From Chara braunii (lineage: Eukaryota; Plantae; Charophyceae), in contig BFEA01000038.1 in the NCBI GenBank assembly GCA_003427395.1, forward strand, positions 1,216,762 through 1,280,761: a stretch of DNA of 64,000 nucleotides, given 5' to 3'. The position numbers and the translations under genes were made by a program. The notes under the pieces were generated by a model. That model made no database searches, had not been told where the DNA came from, and worked only from the letters and a program-made list of their open reading frames with translations. Shown in pieces: positions 50,540 to 62,900 of the stretch. The number at the start of each line of letters is the position of its first letter. Position 1 is the first letter of the stretch.

Positions 50540-53178
50540 GAAGTCCGCGAGTGTGACGTGGAGATCTGGGGAGTCCCTTACAACGTGATCCTTGATTCTG
50601 GGGCAGCAGTGTTGGCAATATCTCTGCGAGTAGTGAAACGGGTAAGAAGAAGGAAGGAGACCGTTTGATCTTCGCCAATGAGGAGAAGATTAGAGCGGTA
50701 GGAAAAATGACAAACATCGCTTTTAAGTTGGGAAAAGTCCACGCCTTGGGAGACGTGGTGGTTCTTAATGTGCACTCGTACGACGTACTCATCGGACTGC
50801 CTGCTTTAAACGCCCTCCATGCCAATCTAGACTTTGAGCGACGGGAGGTGGTTATCAAGAACACCGGGGGCAAGCCGTACGCAGTCCCCATGCGCCTCAC
50901 CCTGCGCACGGCTACCAACCCGCCACGTAGATCTCACCCGGAGGTAGGCGGGCCGATTCGGATAGTCCCCTGGGACAGACTCCTAGAGGACTCAGAGACT
51001 AGCAGCGAAGAACACGTGTCTTTGCTTCCTGAGGATTCGGAAAGCGAGGACGAGACAGACCCGGCGATTCAAGAGCTGACACGAAGGGTAATCCGTTACC
51101 CAGTCCAGCAGAAAACGACGAAAACATTCGTGTTGACCGAAGAATATGTCCAACGAACTCGGGCTCTGATCATAGGAGAACCCCTGGTACATGTGTCGAG
51201 GCTGCCCGACTCTTCGGAACCCCCTCGGACCTTGTACGAGGGCACTACTCCCTTGCTCCCCCTATACGTGGACAAGCAATCCTTCTGCGACGTCACGGAA
51301 CCCCCTCACTGATCGCTCCTTACCACAGACAAGGAGATACGGTTGTTGCGTCTAGGAGCGGAAATACAGGCTCTGGAACCCCCTGGGTGCCCCAAAGCCT
51401 CGCTGTTTGATGTCGGGATAAGGATCGCTGAGAAATCGGTGGATCCCCGAGATATTGCGGATGGGATAACCCCTGAAGAACACGTGGCCATCCGAGAAGA
51501 GGAAGCCCAGATGGTAGTCACCGTGTTCTCGTGGCGGTCGTACAACTCTTTCATCTCTTTCCCGCCGCCCCGGGACTATAAGGCAGTACGTACCAAACAC
51601 GTTATAATCAATATACATGGACGACCTTACGAGTTGCACGTGCCGAAATACGTGCCCAACGGAACCCAGCAACTTATTGCAGAGATCTTGGCGGAATATC
51701 GGGGTGCTATCAGCATTGATGACGCGGACATCGGGTTATCTTTAATAATCCAGCACGAGATTCAGACCGGTACTCACCTGCCGATTCATTGCAAACCTTA
51801 TCGATACTCATTGGCAGAACGGAAGGCAGCACTCGAGCGAATCCGGGAATTCGAAGCTAACGGTTGGATAGAGCCCGCTACAGGTCCTTGGTCCTTTCCG
51901 GTAGTTTTGGTTTCGAAAAAGAACGGATGGATCTGCATTTGCATTGATTATCGGAAATTGAATGACATCACGATCAAGGATGTCTACCCCCTCCCTCGGA
52001 TTGATGATCTGCTGGATGCGATTGGTTGTGCAAATTATTTTAGTAAATTTGATATTCGGCACGGATTCCACCATATGCTTGTGAGGGAAGAGGATCGACC
52101 GAAGACGGAGTTTGTCTTGTTTGAGGGCACGTGGTAGTGGGTTCGATGCCCTATGGGTATATGCAATGCGCCGACGACTTTTCAGCGGGCAATGAATGTC
52201 ACTTTCCAACACTTCATAAACAAGACCAGGTTAACTCAACGCATGATCAATTTTTGCGTTATCGTGTACATGGACGATATTTTGGTGTATTCTGAATCAT
52301 ACCAATTTACACGCGCAACATATTTGAATGGACACTTGGCGCGCTGCAGGACGCCGGTTTCAAAATTGCGTTGGAGAAAAGCGAATTATTCCTGTCCGAG
52401 ATCTCGTTCCTTGGCTACGTGGTAACCTGAGGAGGCTTGAGACCGGATTCGAGGAAGGTCGTGGCTGTTCGAGAAACACCCACGCCCACGTCATTGACGC
52501 AGGTTCGAGCCTTCCTGGGAATGGCCTCGTACTACCGACGGTTTATCAAGGGCTTTGCGGCAATCGCTCAGCCCCTGACGAACCTCTTGCGGAAGGACCA
52601 GCCGCTGAATTGGGACGTGGAGTGTGAGCAGGTCTTTTGCACTTTGAAGGAGGCCCTGGCCTCGGCCCCTATTTTAATCCGGTCTGATCCCGAGCGCCAG
52701 TTCCTACTCATTACTGACTTGCAGCCTGAGGCTATCTCCGCTATCCTAGCTCAGAAGGGGAAAGATGGGCGGGAACACGTGGTTGAATATGCTTCGAGGA
52801 CGGTGCTGGACGAAAGGAAGAATGACTCGGCGCCACAAGGAGAATGCTACGCTGTCGTCTGGTATCCAGCACTTCCACCCGTATCTCTACGGGCAGAAGT
52901 TCCTCCTCGTAACGGATCACGAGCCATTGCTGGCCCTCAAGAAGCTGACGAACTACACGGGAATGATTGGGCGATGGGCGGTGAGGCTGCAGGAGTATGA
53001 CTTTGATATCGTCCACAGAAAAACGGAAAGTCACGGGAACGCCGACGGATTGACACATCTGCACCGGGCAGGCAAGGTGCACCGCAACGAAGAGATCACT
53101 CCGTGGAAGGATCCGGGGCAGCCCAAGGGACCCGGGTACGACCAGGCGAAGGTTCTCCATCGGCAGGCGAAGAAGTGA
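50540..53178 (+). pseudogene. pol: pol: aspartic protease, reverse transcriptase, RNase H (disrupted)
   Basis: ILDSGA; WSFPVVLVSKK..CIDYRKLN..YPLPRIDDLLD; YMDDILVYS; LITD..AILAQ..YASR..VTDHEPL..RWAVRLQEYDF..NADGL. Confidence 0.95.
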
Positions 53179-53189
53179 CACGTGTCCGT

Positions 53190-54902
53190 ATGGCGGCCCA
53201 GAGAGAAGAGAACGCTGAGGGCCCTCTCTCTCCTTCTTCCTCTTCTCTATTTTCCCTTCCCGATCGTTTTTGTTTTCTGTGTGAGTCTATCTCGCGCATC
53301 CACTCCGTGTCGGTTAAGCCGAAAAATAAAGGGTACGTCGAGTGGGTAGAGTGTGCCACGTGTGTAGTCAGGGCCCATGGATCATGCATTCAATATAGGA
53401 ATCCGCAGAAATGGTGGCTCTGCCATCTGTGCCGTACTGATAAGATTCCGACGGAGGCTCGATTCCTGGAAGCGACGTCGGAAGGATTGAAAAATATCTT
53501 ACAGTATAGACGGGCAGAGGTGTGGATAGATGTCACTTTGATAGCAACCGTCGTAGGGAACCCTCTTCGAGAATTCTCCAAGGACGATCGGAGATGGGCC
53601 AATGAAAGGGCGCGGGATTATAGGTGGAATGAGGGATGGTTAGAAAAGCGAAAAACGGACGGGAGCGGAATATGAATGGTAGTTCCGCACCTATTTATGA
53701 GGTATGACTGGGTTAAAGCAGCCCACGAAGAGACAGCAACCCATTTCGCGGCCAGGATCACCGAGTCCGCCATCGACAAGAATGAATGGTATTGGTCCAA
53801 CATTAGGGACGACGTTAAGTATATTGTTAAAAATTGTCCCGTCTGTGCGGCCGACAAGGCGCCGATTCAACCACCTAGGTCGATAGTGCCCACCGTAGTC
53901 CAACGACCATTTCAAAGGGTTAGCATGGACACGACGGATATTATCGTCCCCCCTGGACTGGATAGTTGTGAATATTCAATTCTCTTGGTGTTTGTCGACC
54001 ACTTCTCAAAGTGGATCGAGGCCTACCCATGTCAGACAAGACAGACGGCGGAAATAGTGCGGTATGTCGACCGTTTCCTCGGGATGCATCAGGACACCGA
54101 GGAAATCCTTACCGACAATGAAGTTAAAGTCAGGGGAGAAGTCATGAGGAACCTGGTCGTACACGGGTTGTCTATTCGTAATACGGCTCCCCACATGTCT
54201 CAATCGAACGGCCTCGTGGAAAATGCCAACCGGGTAATTAAAACGGCACTTCGACGGAATATTGCAGCTAAGGACACGCGGCAGTGGCTTGATATCGTAG
54301 ATCACATCTTAGCTATACACTGGGGGAGCCCGCATAAATTTACCGGACTTTCACCTTTCCAGCTACGTACCAACAACCTATCTTGTGTCTCGATACCGAA
54401 TCTAAATGACGAATCGGCGCTGGACAAACGTCCCACGCAGGTGACGGTCAAGGACAAGGCCAAGCGCCATTTGGACCTCATGGAACAGGCCCTTCCGAGA
54501 CTGGCCCGAAAAAGACAGCGTATGACTGAATTGTCCCACGGACGCCAGGTCCGGAGTTATGAGGCCCGAAATGGGAATGCAGGCCCTCGGCCCCAGTGTA
54601 AATTGGGGGACTTGGTGCAGGTGAGGAAATGTGCTCGCCAGGGTAAGCTAGCGCCACGATTCTATGGATGCTTCAGAGTGATCGAGCTCGGTCCTAACGG
54701 CGTGAACACGGTGCAGCTTGCTCCTGAGGTGTCAGGCAGCCGGTCGGCTAGGCCTATCGTCCGCCACATGTCCTACCTCCACCATCTCTCGACTTCTTCC
54801 GCTCCTTCTCCGGTTGGGTCGATTTCGGAGTCTGTGTGGGACAGTGACGAGCCTCATTCTCTTTCTTCTACTCGTTCATCTTCTCCCTCCTCTTCGCCAT
54901 GA
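53190..54902 (+). pseudogene. PHD finger plus DDE integrase (one in-frame stop at 53673-53675)
   Basis: CFLC..VECATCVVRAHGSC..WLCHLC (C4HC3); HHCC H..H..CPVC; SMD/TDN/NGLVE triad; GPY/F-like PRFYGCF. Confidence 0.9.
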
Positions 54903-56420
54903 GTTTCTCCACGGAGCAGGTACTCAATGAATACATGTTGGCGCCAGGTGGGCATACCTCGTCAATTCGGCAAGTGTATCATCCGCGCATCAGCCCGGAC
55001 GCTCTCCGCTTCGCTCAGTTCTTCAGTACGGCGGGATTCCACGCGGCGGCAGAATTTCAATTTGCGATCCCCAACAGCAGGTCACACGTGCTGGCCGAAG
55101 CCTCGGCTTACCGTCGGCTCTAGGCGCCAGGGACTGCTCACATCTCGGCAGTTGTCATCTTCAGCGGGGATCTTACTCCGCTCGACCCCAGAACGCATAC
55201 GACCATTTTTGACTCGTTGCGAGATTGGGGAGCGCAATTGTCGAGGCTGTGGAGTCAGATGCTCGCGCAGCAGGGGAAGAACATCGTCAATACCGACAGT
55301 ATTGACATAAACGGCATTCGCCTCTCTCGACACGCACCAGCGGTGCTCATCCCCCAGCTTGTCCCCTTCCCGCGCCCCGAATGAACCGCTCCAGATTCTC
55401 TACTTTCAGTCTCCCCTCTACTTTTCCTCTCTTTTGGCAGTCCGCACTCCATCCCCGCCTCTCTTTCTGTGTGCGCCCGCTTATGCTTCCCAGAATCAAG
55501 CAGGAGCAGTGGCTAAGGTGGTGGCAGACGTATGCGACTCTTTCGCTGTGCTTAGTCGATATCGATCTGACGTGGTGGAAGGACGGTGACCAGTCCACAG
55601 TTAGTGAGGACGTCGAGCTGCTACTCATTCAAGCTTGGAAGACGGACACAGAGGGGGATTTTCTAAGATTCGGCTTCAGATCAGTCGAGCCGGGCCATCG
55701 ACAAACGATCGTAAGCGAGCTGCTGATCCTCCAGACCGAGCTGCTAGACGACCTTCCGCTTGATGTCATCTCGCACTCCGACAAGAGTCCAGTACCACAC
55801 ATCCTCCCACGCAGCTTGGTACCGTATCTGCAATGGTCAGCATGCCTAGAAGGCGATGATGATAGTACTTGTACCCATCGCACAACTACCTAGATCCCGG
55901 GACCATTGCGGACGCTCTCCTCAACCCGGTGAGCGGAGGAGAAGAGGAGGAGGAAGAGGAAGAAGACGAGGAAGAGACCTCCGGAGAAAATGAGGAAGAG
56001 ACCTCCGAAGAGGACGAGGATTATAGTGAGCATAGTGAGCACAAGGCGGGGATGGTGAGCGAAGAAGAAGAAGAAGAAGAGCGGGAGGCGGCCGAAGAAG
56101 AAGCGGCCGGAGAAGAGGAAGCGCATCAGGCGGAAGCCCAGGAAGAGGATCCGAAGGCAGAGCGGCGCAGGGCGGCCATCGCGGAAGGAAAGCGGCCATT
56201 GGAGCAGTCGGTGGGATTTGATCTGCCTGTTTCGGACGACCCGACTAAAGATCCTGAGCCGCCAGCCAGGGAAGATGAACACCCTCATGCAGAGACTTTC
56301 GGCACGGCGATGCGCAGGCGATCCCGCTCCCGCTCCGCTTCCCCCCGTCCCTCAGTTCGAGCTCGTGGCAATGCGGGACATAAGGTTACGTCCCCGTTTC
56401 CTATCCTGCCGTCCCCTTGA
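54899..56420 (+). pseudogene. Additional ORF downstream of integrase, unknown function, acidic then RS-rich tail (disrupted)
   Basis: ATG overlaps the integrase stop (ATGA); protein-like pieces 54899-55123, 55381-55893 and 55869-56420. Confidence 0.55.
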
Positions 56421-56429
56421 TTACATCAC

Positions 56430-56882
56430 ATGCCGACATATCGATACTCCGCGCTCCTTCCCCTCTAATCCTTTTCCTTCTTCGACCTTCCACCAATTCT
56501 ACGCCACCCGCCTCGTCGCCGAAGTATACCCGCACCCCGCCGCCCAATGTGTCTTTTCTTCCTTATATCTCCACGTCCTTCTGTTCAGCGCCGCGTGGCG
56601 AGACCAGACTTCATTGAAGTCTACTGCATCATCACGGGAACTATCCCCGTGTGTGCAGATCATGAGCAGTTCTGCGCGGCGTCGTTTCGCACCTTCTCAA
56701 CCCTCTATCCCGATTATCTTGCTTCCCTCCCCGAAGGCGGAAATCGCTTCCCCCGCATCCATCGCATCATCAGGTATCAAGAGCTCCCTGAAACGGTGAT
56801 GGGGACGGCGAATTTCTTACCGCCTCTCCCGAATGATCCTCCCTCGCCTATCCCCGCCATCTTCCGACTCCCTCACCCCTGA
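56430..56882 (+). pseudogene. Possible further small ORF before the 3' LTR (frameshifted), unknown function
   Basis: Overlapping open frames 56218-56799 and 56547-56882 with globular-looking composition. Confidence 0.35.
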
Positions 56883-57069
56883 GACGAGGACGGCTCAAAT
56901 CACGTGTCGACAGGATGACTTCCACACCCTTATCCTACGGTAACGACATGTGTAATATTGGTGGAATTGTAATTCTTTCTTCCTTCCCTCTTCTTTCTTC
57001 TTCGAGCTTGGGAGAGATGTGGGTGCAAGCGGGAGCTTGCACAGGATGGAACCCCCTGGGCGTCACATA

Positions 57070-58089
57070 TGTGACGAACTACTTTCCATAAGGCGCCATC
57101 TTCTGCGCAACCGGGATTGGGGGTACACAGAGGGATCGGGGATAAATTGCATGGTGGTCCCTCCTTCTTGATTTTTCGAAGTTTTCTCCTTGGTCCTTAG
57201 GGGGAGAGAAAGTGGCGGGTATGGACCTTGGGACAGTAGGCCCTCGCCTTAGCAAGCGCGGGGGGGGAGGGAACAACTTCGGCTATGGTTTTTTTCTTTT
57301 TTTTTAAGTTTTTTTTCTTTTCCTTTTCTTTTGTTTTCAAATAAGGCGTCCGTCTTTTTGGCGCGATAATCGCGCGGGTAATTGTTTCGGAATTTTTGAG
57401 TTTAGAACGAGCCCATGCGGGCTCTCGGAATTTCTTTTTGTAATTAGGACTTTAATTAGGCTAGGAAATTGAGCGCGTAGGAATTTTTGCCCGTAACTGC
57501 ACATCGCCTCTTGCTTGAGCGCGCGCTTTGCTGCACAGGGACCTCCGCTCTGTTCCCGCCGCGCCTAAATTCTAATCTCAACTGTAATCTCTTCTTGTTC
57601 CTTCCCCGCGACGCAGGAGTAACTGTAATCTTCCCCGTTCTTCAAATTTCCTTCCCGCGTCACTGCATGCGCACTCTACATCCTATCTCATTGGTTGGAT
57701 CGTTGCATGGTTGGATCGACGCGTGGAGTGAGGCTACGTCCCCCACGCCGCGGCCTGGTCATGCACTTGTAGGCACTTCCTTTCTCCCTTCTTTCCTGTT
57801 CCTCTGGCAATCCCGACTATTGCGCGCTGATTAGCAAGCTATAAATTCTGCAAGCGCGATTAATTTTCTCTCTAGTCTACTTGGGAGTTAGCGCGGTCGA
57901 GAGGATCGGCTAATGTGCAGAAAAACGGTGAGTTGAGAGTTGGGCGATTTGACGAGCTGGTGCTAAGTGCGCGGGGTTGACGCGTGGTCGCGAGGGACTG
58001 TGGCACATGGGCGAACCTGGCTTGCACGCTCAGGCTAAGCGGGGTGATGCCTCTGTGAGGTCTTTGGGATGCGCGGCGACGGACTGCCC

Positions 58090-58143
<54 letters not shown>

Positions 58144-59608
58144 GAGGGATATGGTGGAATAGTGTCTTTTCCTCCCTCCCTTCTATATAAATTTTGATTT
58201 CAACGTTGGCCAATTTTGTTGCAACACTTTCGGATTTCCTGTGTGAATCTTCTCAGATCTCTTTGTTGGAATGCATGTGTGTGTGTATGGTGACGAACGA
58301 TCTCGCATTCTTTCTCGCAAGTTGTCTTTGCTTTTCCATTTTGTTTTGTTCAGTAGATTAGCGTGGTTTCAACTTCGTCGCTTTTTCGACATTCGGTATC
58401 GCAGTGCATGTATCGATCTACGAGTCTAAGTTCTCTCAGGTCTGGTCGGTGCGCTCACTGCGCGGGATTAGCCAATCACTTGCGTTGGACCTGTGTAAGA
58501 GATTACGGGAATTACTGGGAATGTATGTCTGCTCTTCGAATGTTTGATGGCCCTTTCCTCTGATGCATACAATTATAACTAGGGAGGGGCTGTTCTGGGA
58601 ATGGGGTTGCATGCATAATCGGACCAGTGTGCCAATAGATCGCTCCGCCACTGGGACGAGCATCTTAGGACTTAACTAGTTGGCTAGTGCGTACGCGCGT
58701 GGAAGACAACAATCCATCAACGGATTTGCCATCTACACGCACGCATGCAGGGGCTAGACTAAGTTACGATCCCGCCATGTAAAAATGATGTGTGTGAGTG
58801 AGTCCCGTTGATCCGGACATGGCAATCGAAACTCATTTTTGGATTACCGATCGCGAAAGTCTGAGAGATCCCGAGTACAAGACATATTGGGAAAGGGAAC
58901 ATATCCGACGACAACAAGTCCGACAGCAACGGATCAGACGACAGCAAAACTTGCGGAACCTTGATTACCCCTGCCGAACTGAACACGAGCGACTGTGTAA
59001 GGGGGATTTCCAGTTGGCAATCAACCGGGACTCCCGAATTCCTGAGTATCTCGACAGTAGACACCAGCAATACTTTATCACCCCAGGCTTCGTCGCTATC
59101 ACGACTAATTTCCCTCCCCAGTACATCGTCCTCCCGTATCACCGATTGCTAGTTACCCCCTGGGACTCCATATCCCGATTCTGGCCCCGACCTCCGTGCC
59201 CAGAGTACCAGCAGCCCAACGAGTGCGAACAGATGGAGGCCACACGTCAAACTCCTCCCCGGAGAGAACGACGAGAACCCAGCTCGTCCTTCTCATCAGA
59301 CTTTGAGTCTAAGTTCTGCGTCGGACGACAGAGGTACGAGCATTCCCACATCGACGCCCGCAACACCCCGTTCGTACACCCGACTCTTTCCCAGCCCCGG
59401 CCGCAGGAACGACGCCCACCCCAACTCTGAGCTAGAGGAACCACTTGCACTTCTACCCCTGAAACTTGACACAGGAGATTCCAGTCCCGACCTGGAACTC
59501 CACCCCCCCCCACTTTCCAAAAATCCTTGGCATACCCCTTTTCGCACTTCCAGGCCCACTAACACTCCAAAACAGGAAGTCTTGTTGGGCGTGACGTTGG
59601 GCGTCACA
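57070..59608 (+). repeat. 3' LTR; (GA)n at 58093-58142
   Basis: TGTGACGAACTACTTTCC...TTGGGCGTCACA. Confidence 0.95.
58819..59430 (+). CDS. LTR-embedded ORF, 203 aa, unknown function
   Basis: Open from ATG 58819; amino-acid-level conservation in diverged LTRs at ~28960-29230 and ~20900-21236 (-); the 5' LTR copy (47996-48607) has two nonsense changes. Confidence 0.6.
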   Translation: MAIETHFWITDRESLRDPEYKTYWEREHIRRQQVRQQRIRRQQNLRNLDYPCRTEHERLCKGDFQLAINRDSRIPEYLDSRHQQYFITPGFVAITTNFPPQYIVLPYHRLLVTPWDSISRFWPRPPCPEYQQPNECEQMEATRQTPPRRERREPSSSFSSDFESKFCVGRQRYEHSHIDARNTPFVHPTLSQPRPQERRPPQL

Positions 59609-59873
59609 GCGTCAGGCGGGGGTATGAGGGCCAGCTGAGCCCCTGTAGGTCTTCCACTTCCAGGTGAGAGTCTCGCAACCACCTATGTTTAATGATGTGT
59701 GTAGTGTCTGTTGTAGTGTGAATTTCCCTGTAGCAGTCCTTAACAGTGTATTTCTTAAAGGGACGGGCTGTGCCCCCTTCCCATTGCCACTCCTCTGGAT
59801 CAAAGGGGAGTTGGCAGATTGGGGTTAAGGGCTGGTAGGCCCACCATCCATCTGGCTCATCCCCTAGCACTCT
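59609..59873 (-). pseudogene. LINE ORF2 fragment; right half of the LTR element's target
   Basis: PICQLPFDPEEWQW..KYTVKDCY..PRLT; joins 46255 in frame. Confidence 0.85.
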
Positions 59874-59874
<1 letters not shown>

Positions 59875-59927
<53 letters not shown>

Positions 59928-62900
59928 GGCTCTAGCTGCTAGTGATGATGATAAGAGCATCAATTACTAGCAACCCAGCCATTGGCTCCATTCTATTGGT
60001 GGGGAGATGCACCTGCTGAAAACCGGATCCAGCGTCCCTCATTTACAATATACTGAGATACAAGTCAAGGAAAAATCGGTCCGTTAGAGAGCTGCCTCTT
60101 CAGCTCGAATCTGGCCGCCAGATAACTGTGAAAAAACTTGCAGCTGCCTATACTCCAAAAACACACCCAGATATTACCTGACCAAACTGAAAATCTAAAA
60201 AGACAAAACGTTTGCCAATGCTGAAAAAATAAAAACACTCGCCAACCCTCCCCCTTAACCCTCCTCCCCTCCAAACCAATGAAGATCCACCAAAGCAAGC
60301 TCTGAAGGAGGAAAGGGATCTGGAAATGCATCTGGCGATCTCAAAACAGTTTCTGGTTGTACATTAAACCAATCCTGGAATGTGATCCCATAGTCTCTTT
60401 TGAATTCCATCTCCCCCCCTTCCCCTCCTGGCCACTCCACATTCCCTTGTTTCACTCTTGAAGAATCACCCAGCCAGTCCTTTGTGAAAGTTTGAATTTT
60501 TTTCCTAGGTTACCTGATCGGACGTCCGGGACCCCCCTGACCGTCCGGGGTTGTCCGCTCGGACAACCGGTCGGACATCCTCCCTTGGCAGACTGACCGA
60601 GCCCGAACGGCAAAAAAAATAAATAAATGAAAAAAGTCCTCAAACAAATCTGAAAAAAAAACTATGTTATGCAGAAACATAAACTGAACAACTTTTGCAT
60701 TGGGATCATATCGAAATTCATTTTCAATTTTAAAATAAAAAATAAAATTAAAGGCGCCCCCAATTGGTTTTTTTTTTTTTTCGTGCATTTAATTGGTAAA
60801 AATGGAGTTGTCCGGGCGTTCGGGACCCCCTTGACTGTCCAGCCAGGATGTCCGACCAAGACATCCTGCCATCGAACAACTGGTAACTTAGTTTTTTTCT
60901 TAATATCCTGTTTTTGTTGCATTGTACGAAGTCCCGATTTAGTCTTATCTCATTGGTACCTCACTTCTGTTTCTAGAAACTGTTGAACTAACTCAGACAT
61001 TTCTCTACCCTCGATTCTGACCTTTTCCATTGTAAATGCACATCTTTTATACCATAGTACCCATAAAATAGCCTTCCTTCCCATGTTAAATAAATTATGC
61101 TGAAACGTTGATAGTTCATTAAGAGCAGGGGACCAATGTCCTAAGAAAATCGCCCTCCAGTCCCAAGGCCAATCTAAGCCTGTTCACTTGTTCCATACAT
61201 AATCCCAACGCCTCCACAACAATTTTGCCCCTGGACATTGCAAGAAAATATGTTCTATTGTTTCCCTAATCTTCCTACTAGGAAAAGCTCCCACACATAC
61301 ACCACACCATGGTAGAGTTACCCCCCTCTGTTCCAAAGTGGTGTGGTTAATCAGCCAGTCGTTTGTTGGCAAACATCTGTGGATAATCTGTCATTGCAGA
61401 GATACAAACTTAGCCAGTTTGTCTTTGACACCTTGACACCACTAAATTGGCTTGAGCATATCTGTATAAATATTTAAGTGTCTAGCCCATCGTTTCTGTA
61501 TAACGTCCATAACATCAACCTATGGACGTAACAGGCGGTACGAGGCTTGTACCGATAAGGTCTGTAATTTATGCGTCTTGCATCTCTTGTTGTTAGGCTA
61601 GGACCATTCTGCTGGATCCAAAGGGAGGTCAGGTATAGGTGTATTCGGGAAATACACAGTCCATCCTTTAGATGTTGAACAATACAATGCTCTTACCCTG
61701 AATAATGAGTCAAAATGGAAAAACATCACCTTATCATGATTACTTTGTGATAGAAAGAAATCCTTATGGACAGCAAAGATATTTACAAGGGCTCCATCTG
61801 TCAGAATATCCATAATTTGCCCTACCACCCTGGAACCCGTAGCTAAATGAGCACATACTCAATCTGCAGAAAAAAAAGGCCCCTTTTAAGGGCGGCCACC
61901 CATGCCTACGGAATGGATGAAATTACTAAATTCAAGTTCTCAACTAGATTGTGAGCATACTTAACTTCCTTTCTTAATTGATTTACGGATTTCCAACTTT
62001 TATTTTCATGGTCCCACAAATCCTTAATCCTTTCTACACCATATTTAACCCAAGTGGACCACGGGGATGTGAAACTTATGAACACTCTTCCTTGCGCATC
62101 TGTGATCAATCTATTGGCAAAAATCGGTTGTCGTAGGACTTTGTCATATCTAGTTGAAATTAATCTGTTAGGTAAAGGCAATTTGCGCAAAGTTTTCAAT
62201 AAGTGTGCCAAAAAATTGTCTAAAACCAGGTCTCTTCTTACCACCCTTTCCATCCCCTTCTTTCTGAGAATGTGAATGTGGACGAGGAATGGACCAATAT
62301 CTGTCTTCTACCCAAATTAATGGATTAACCTCCTTTGTAGTTTGTGGAGCCAATCCACGTATCTGTTCCAGCGCCAATGTTTGTCGTGGAAGATCCGTTG
62401 CCATTATCAATCGTTTCAACCATTGAATAGCTAGTGCTTGATACTGGATTGAAGGGTCCAAAATACCCAATCCACCCTTGGACTTTGGCTGGATAAGAAC
62501 CTGCCATGCTACTCTTGGAATAACGTGTGTTGTTTCATGATCTTCATGCCACAGAAAGACCGTTAGTTGATTCCTAAGTTCTTTAGTTGATCCTTTACTT
62601 AATGACCACAAAGCGGACTTGTACCAAATTGATGTCAAAACTATATTATTAATGATCAAAGCCCTTCCAAACAGTGATGTATGCTGATTTTTCCATTGTT
62701 TCATTTTCTGAATAGCTGGAGAAGCGATCCACACATCATTAGAATTAGGTTTTCCCCTTGCCGTGAGCACCACTCCCAAAACCATAATTGGAGTTTCTAA
62801 TGGTAACCATTTCACCCTTGGCTCTTCAGGAGGCCTAACCCCGTGAGAGTGGATCCACTACCCTCGTGTCTTACTCCCCCAGTTGACCACCATGTCTGAA

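Larger units (their letters stand above)
46256..59608 (+). mobile_element. Full-length decayed Ty3/Gypsy-type LTR retrotransposon, 4-bp TSD GCGT
   Basis: TGTGACG...CGTCACA termini, two ~2.5-kb LTRs, gag-PR-RT-RH-IN order, GCGT at 46252-46255 and 59609-59612. Confidence 0.96.

Noticed and set aside
54899-56420. env gene
   Set aside because: No signal peptide, fusion-protein motif or transmembrane anchor visible.
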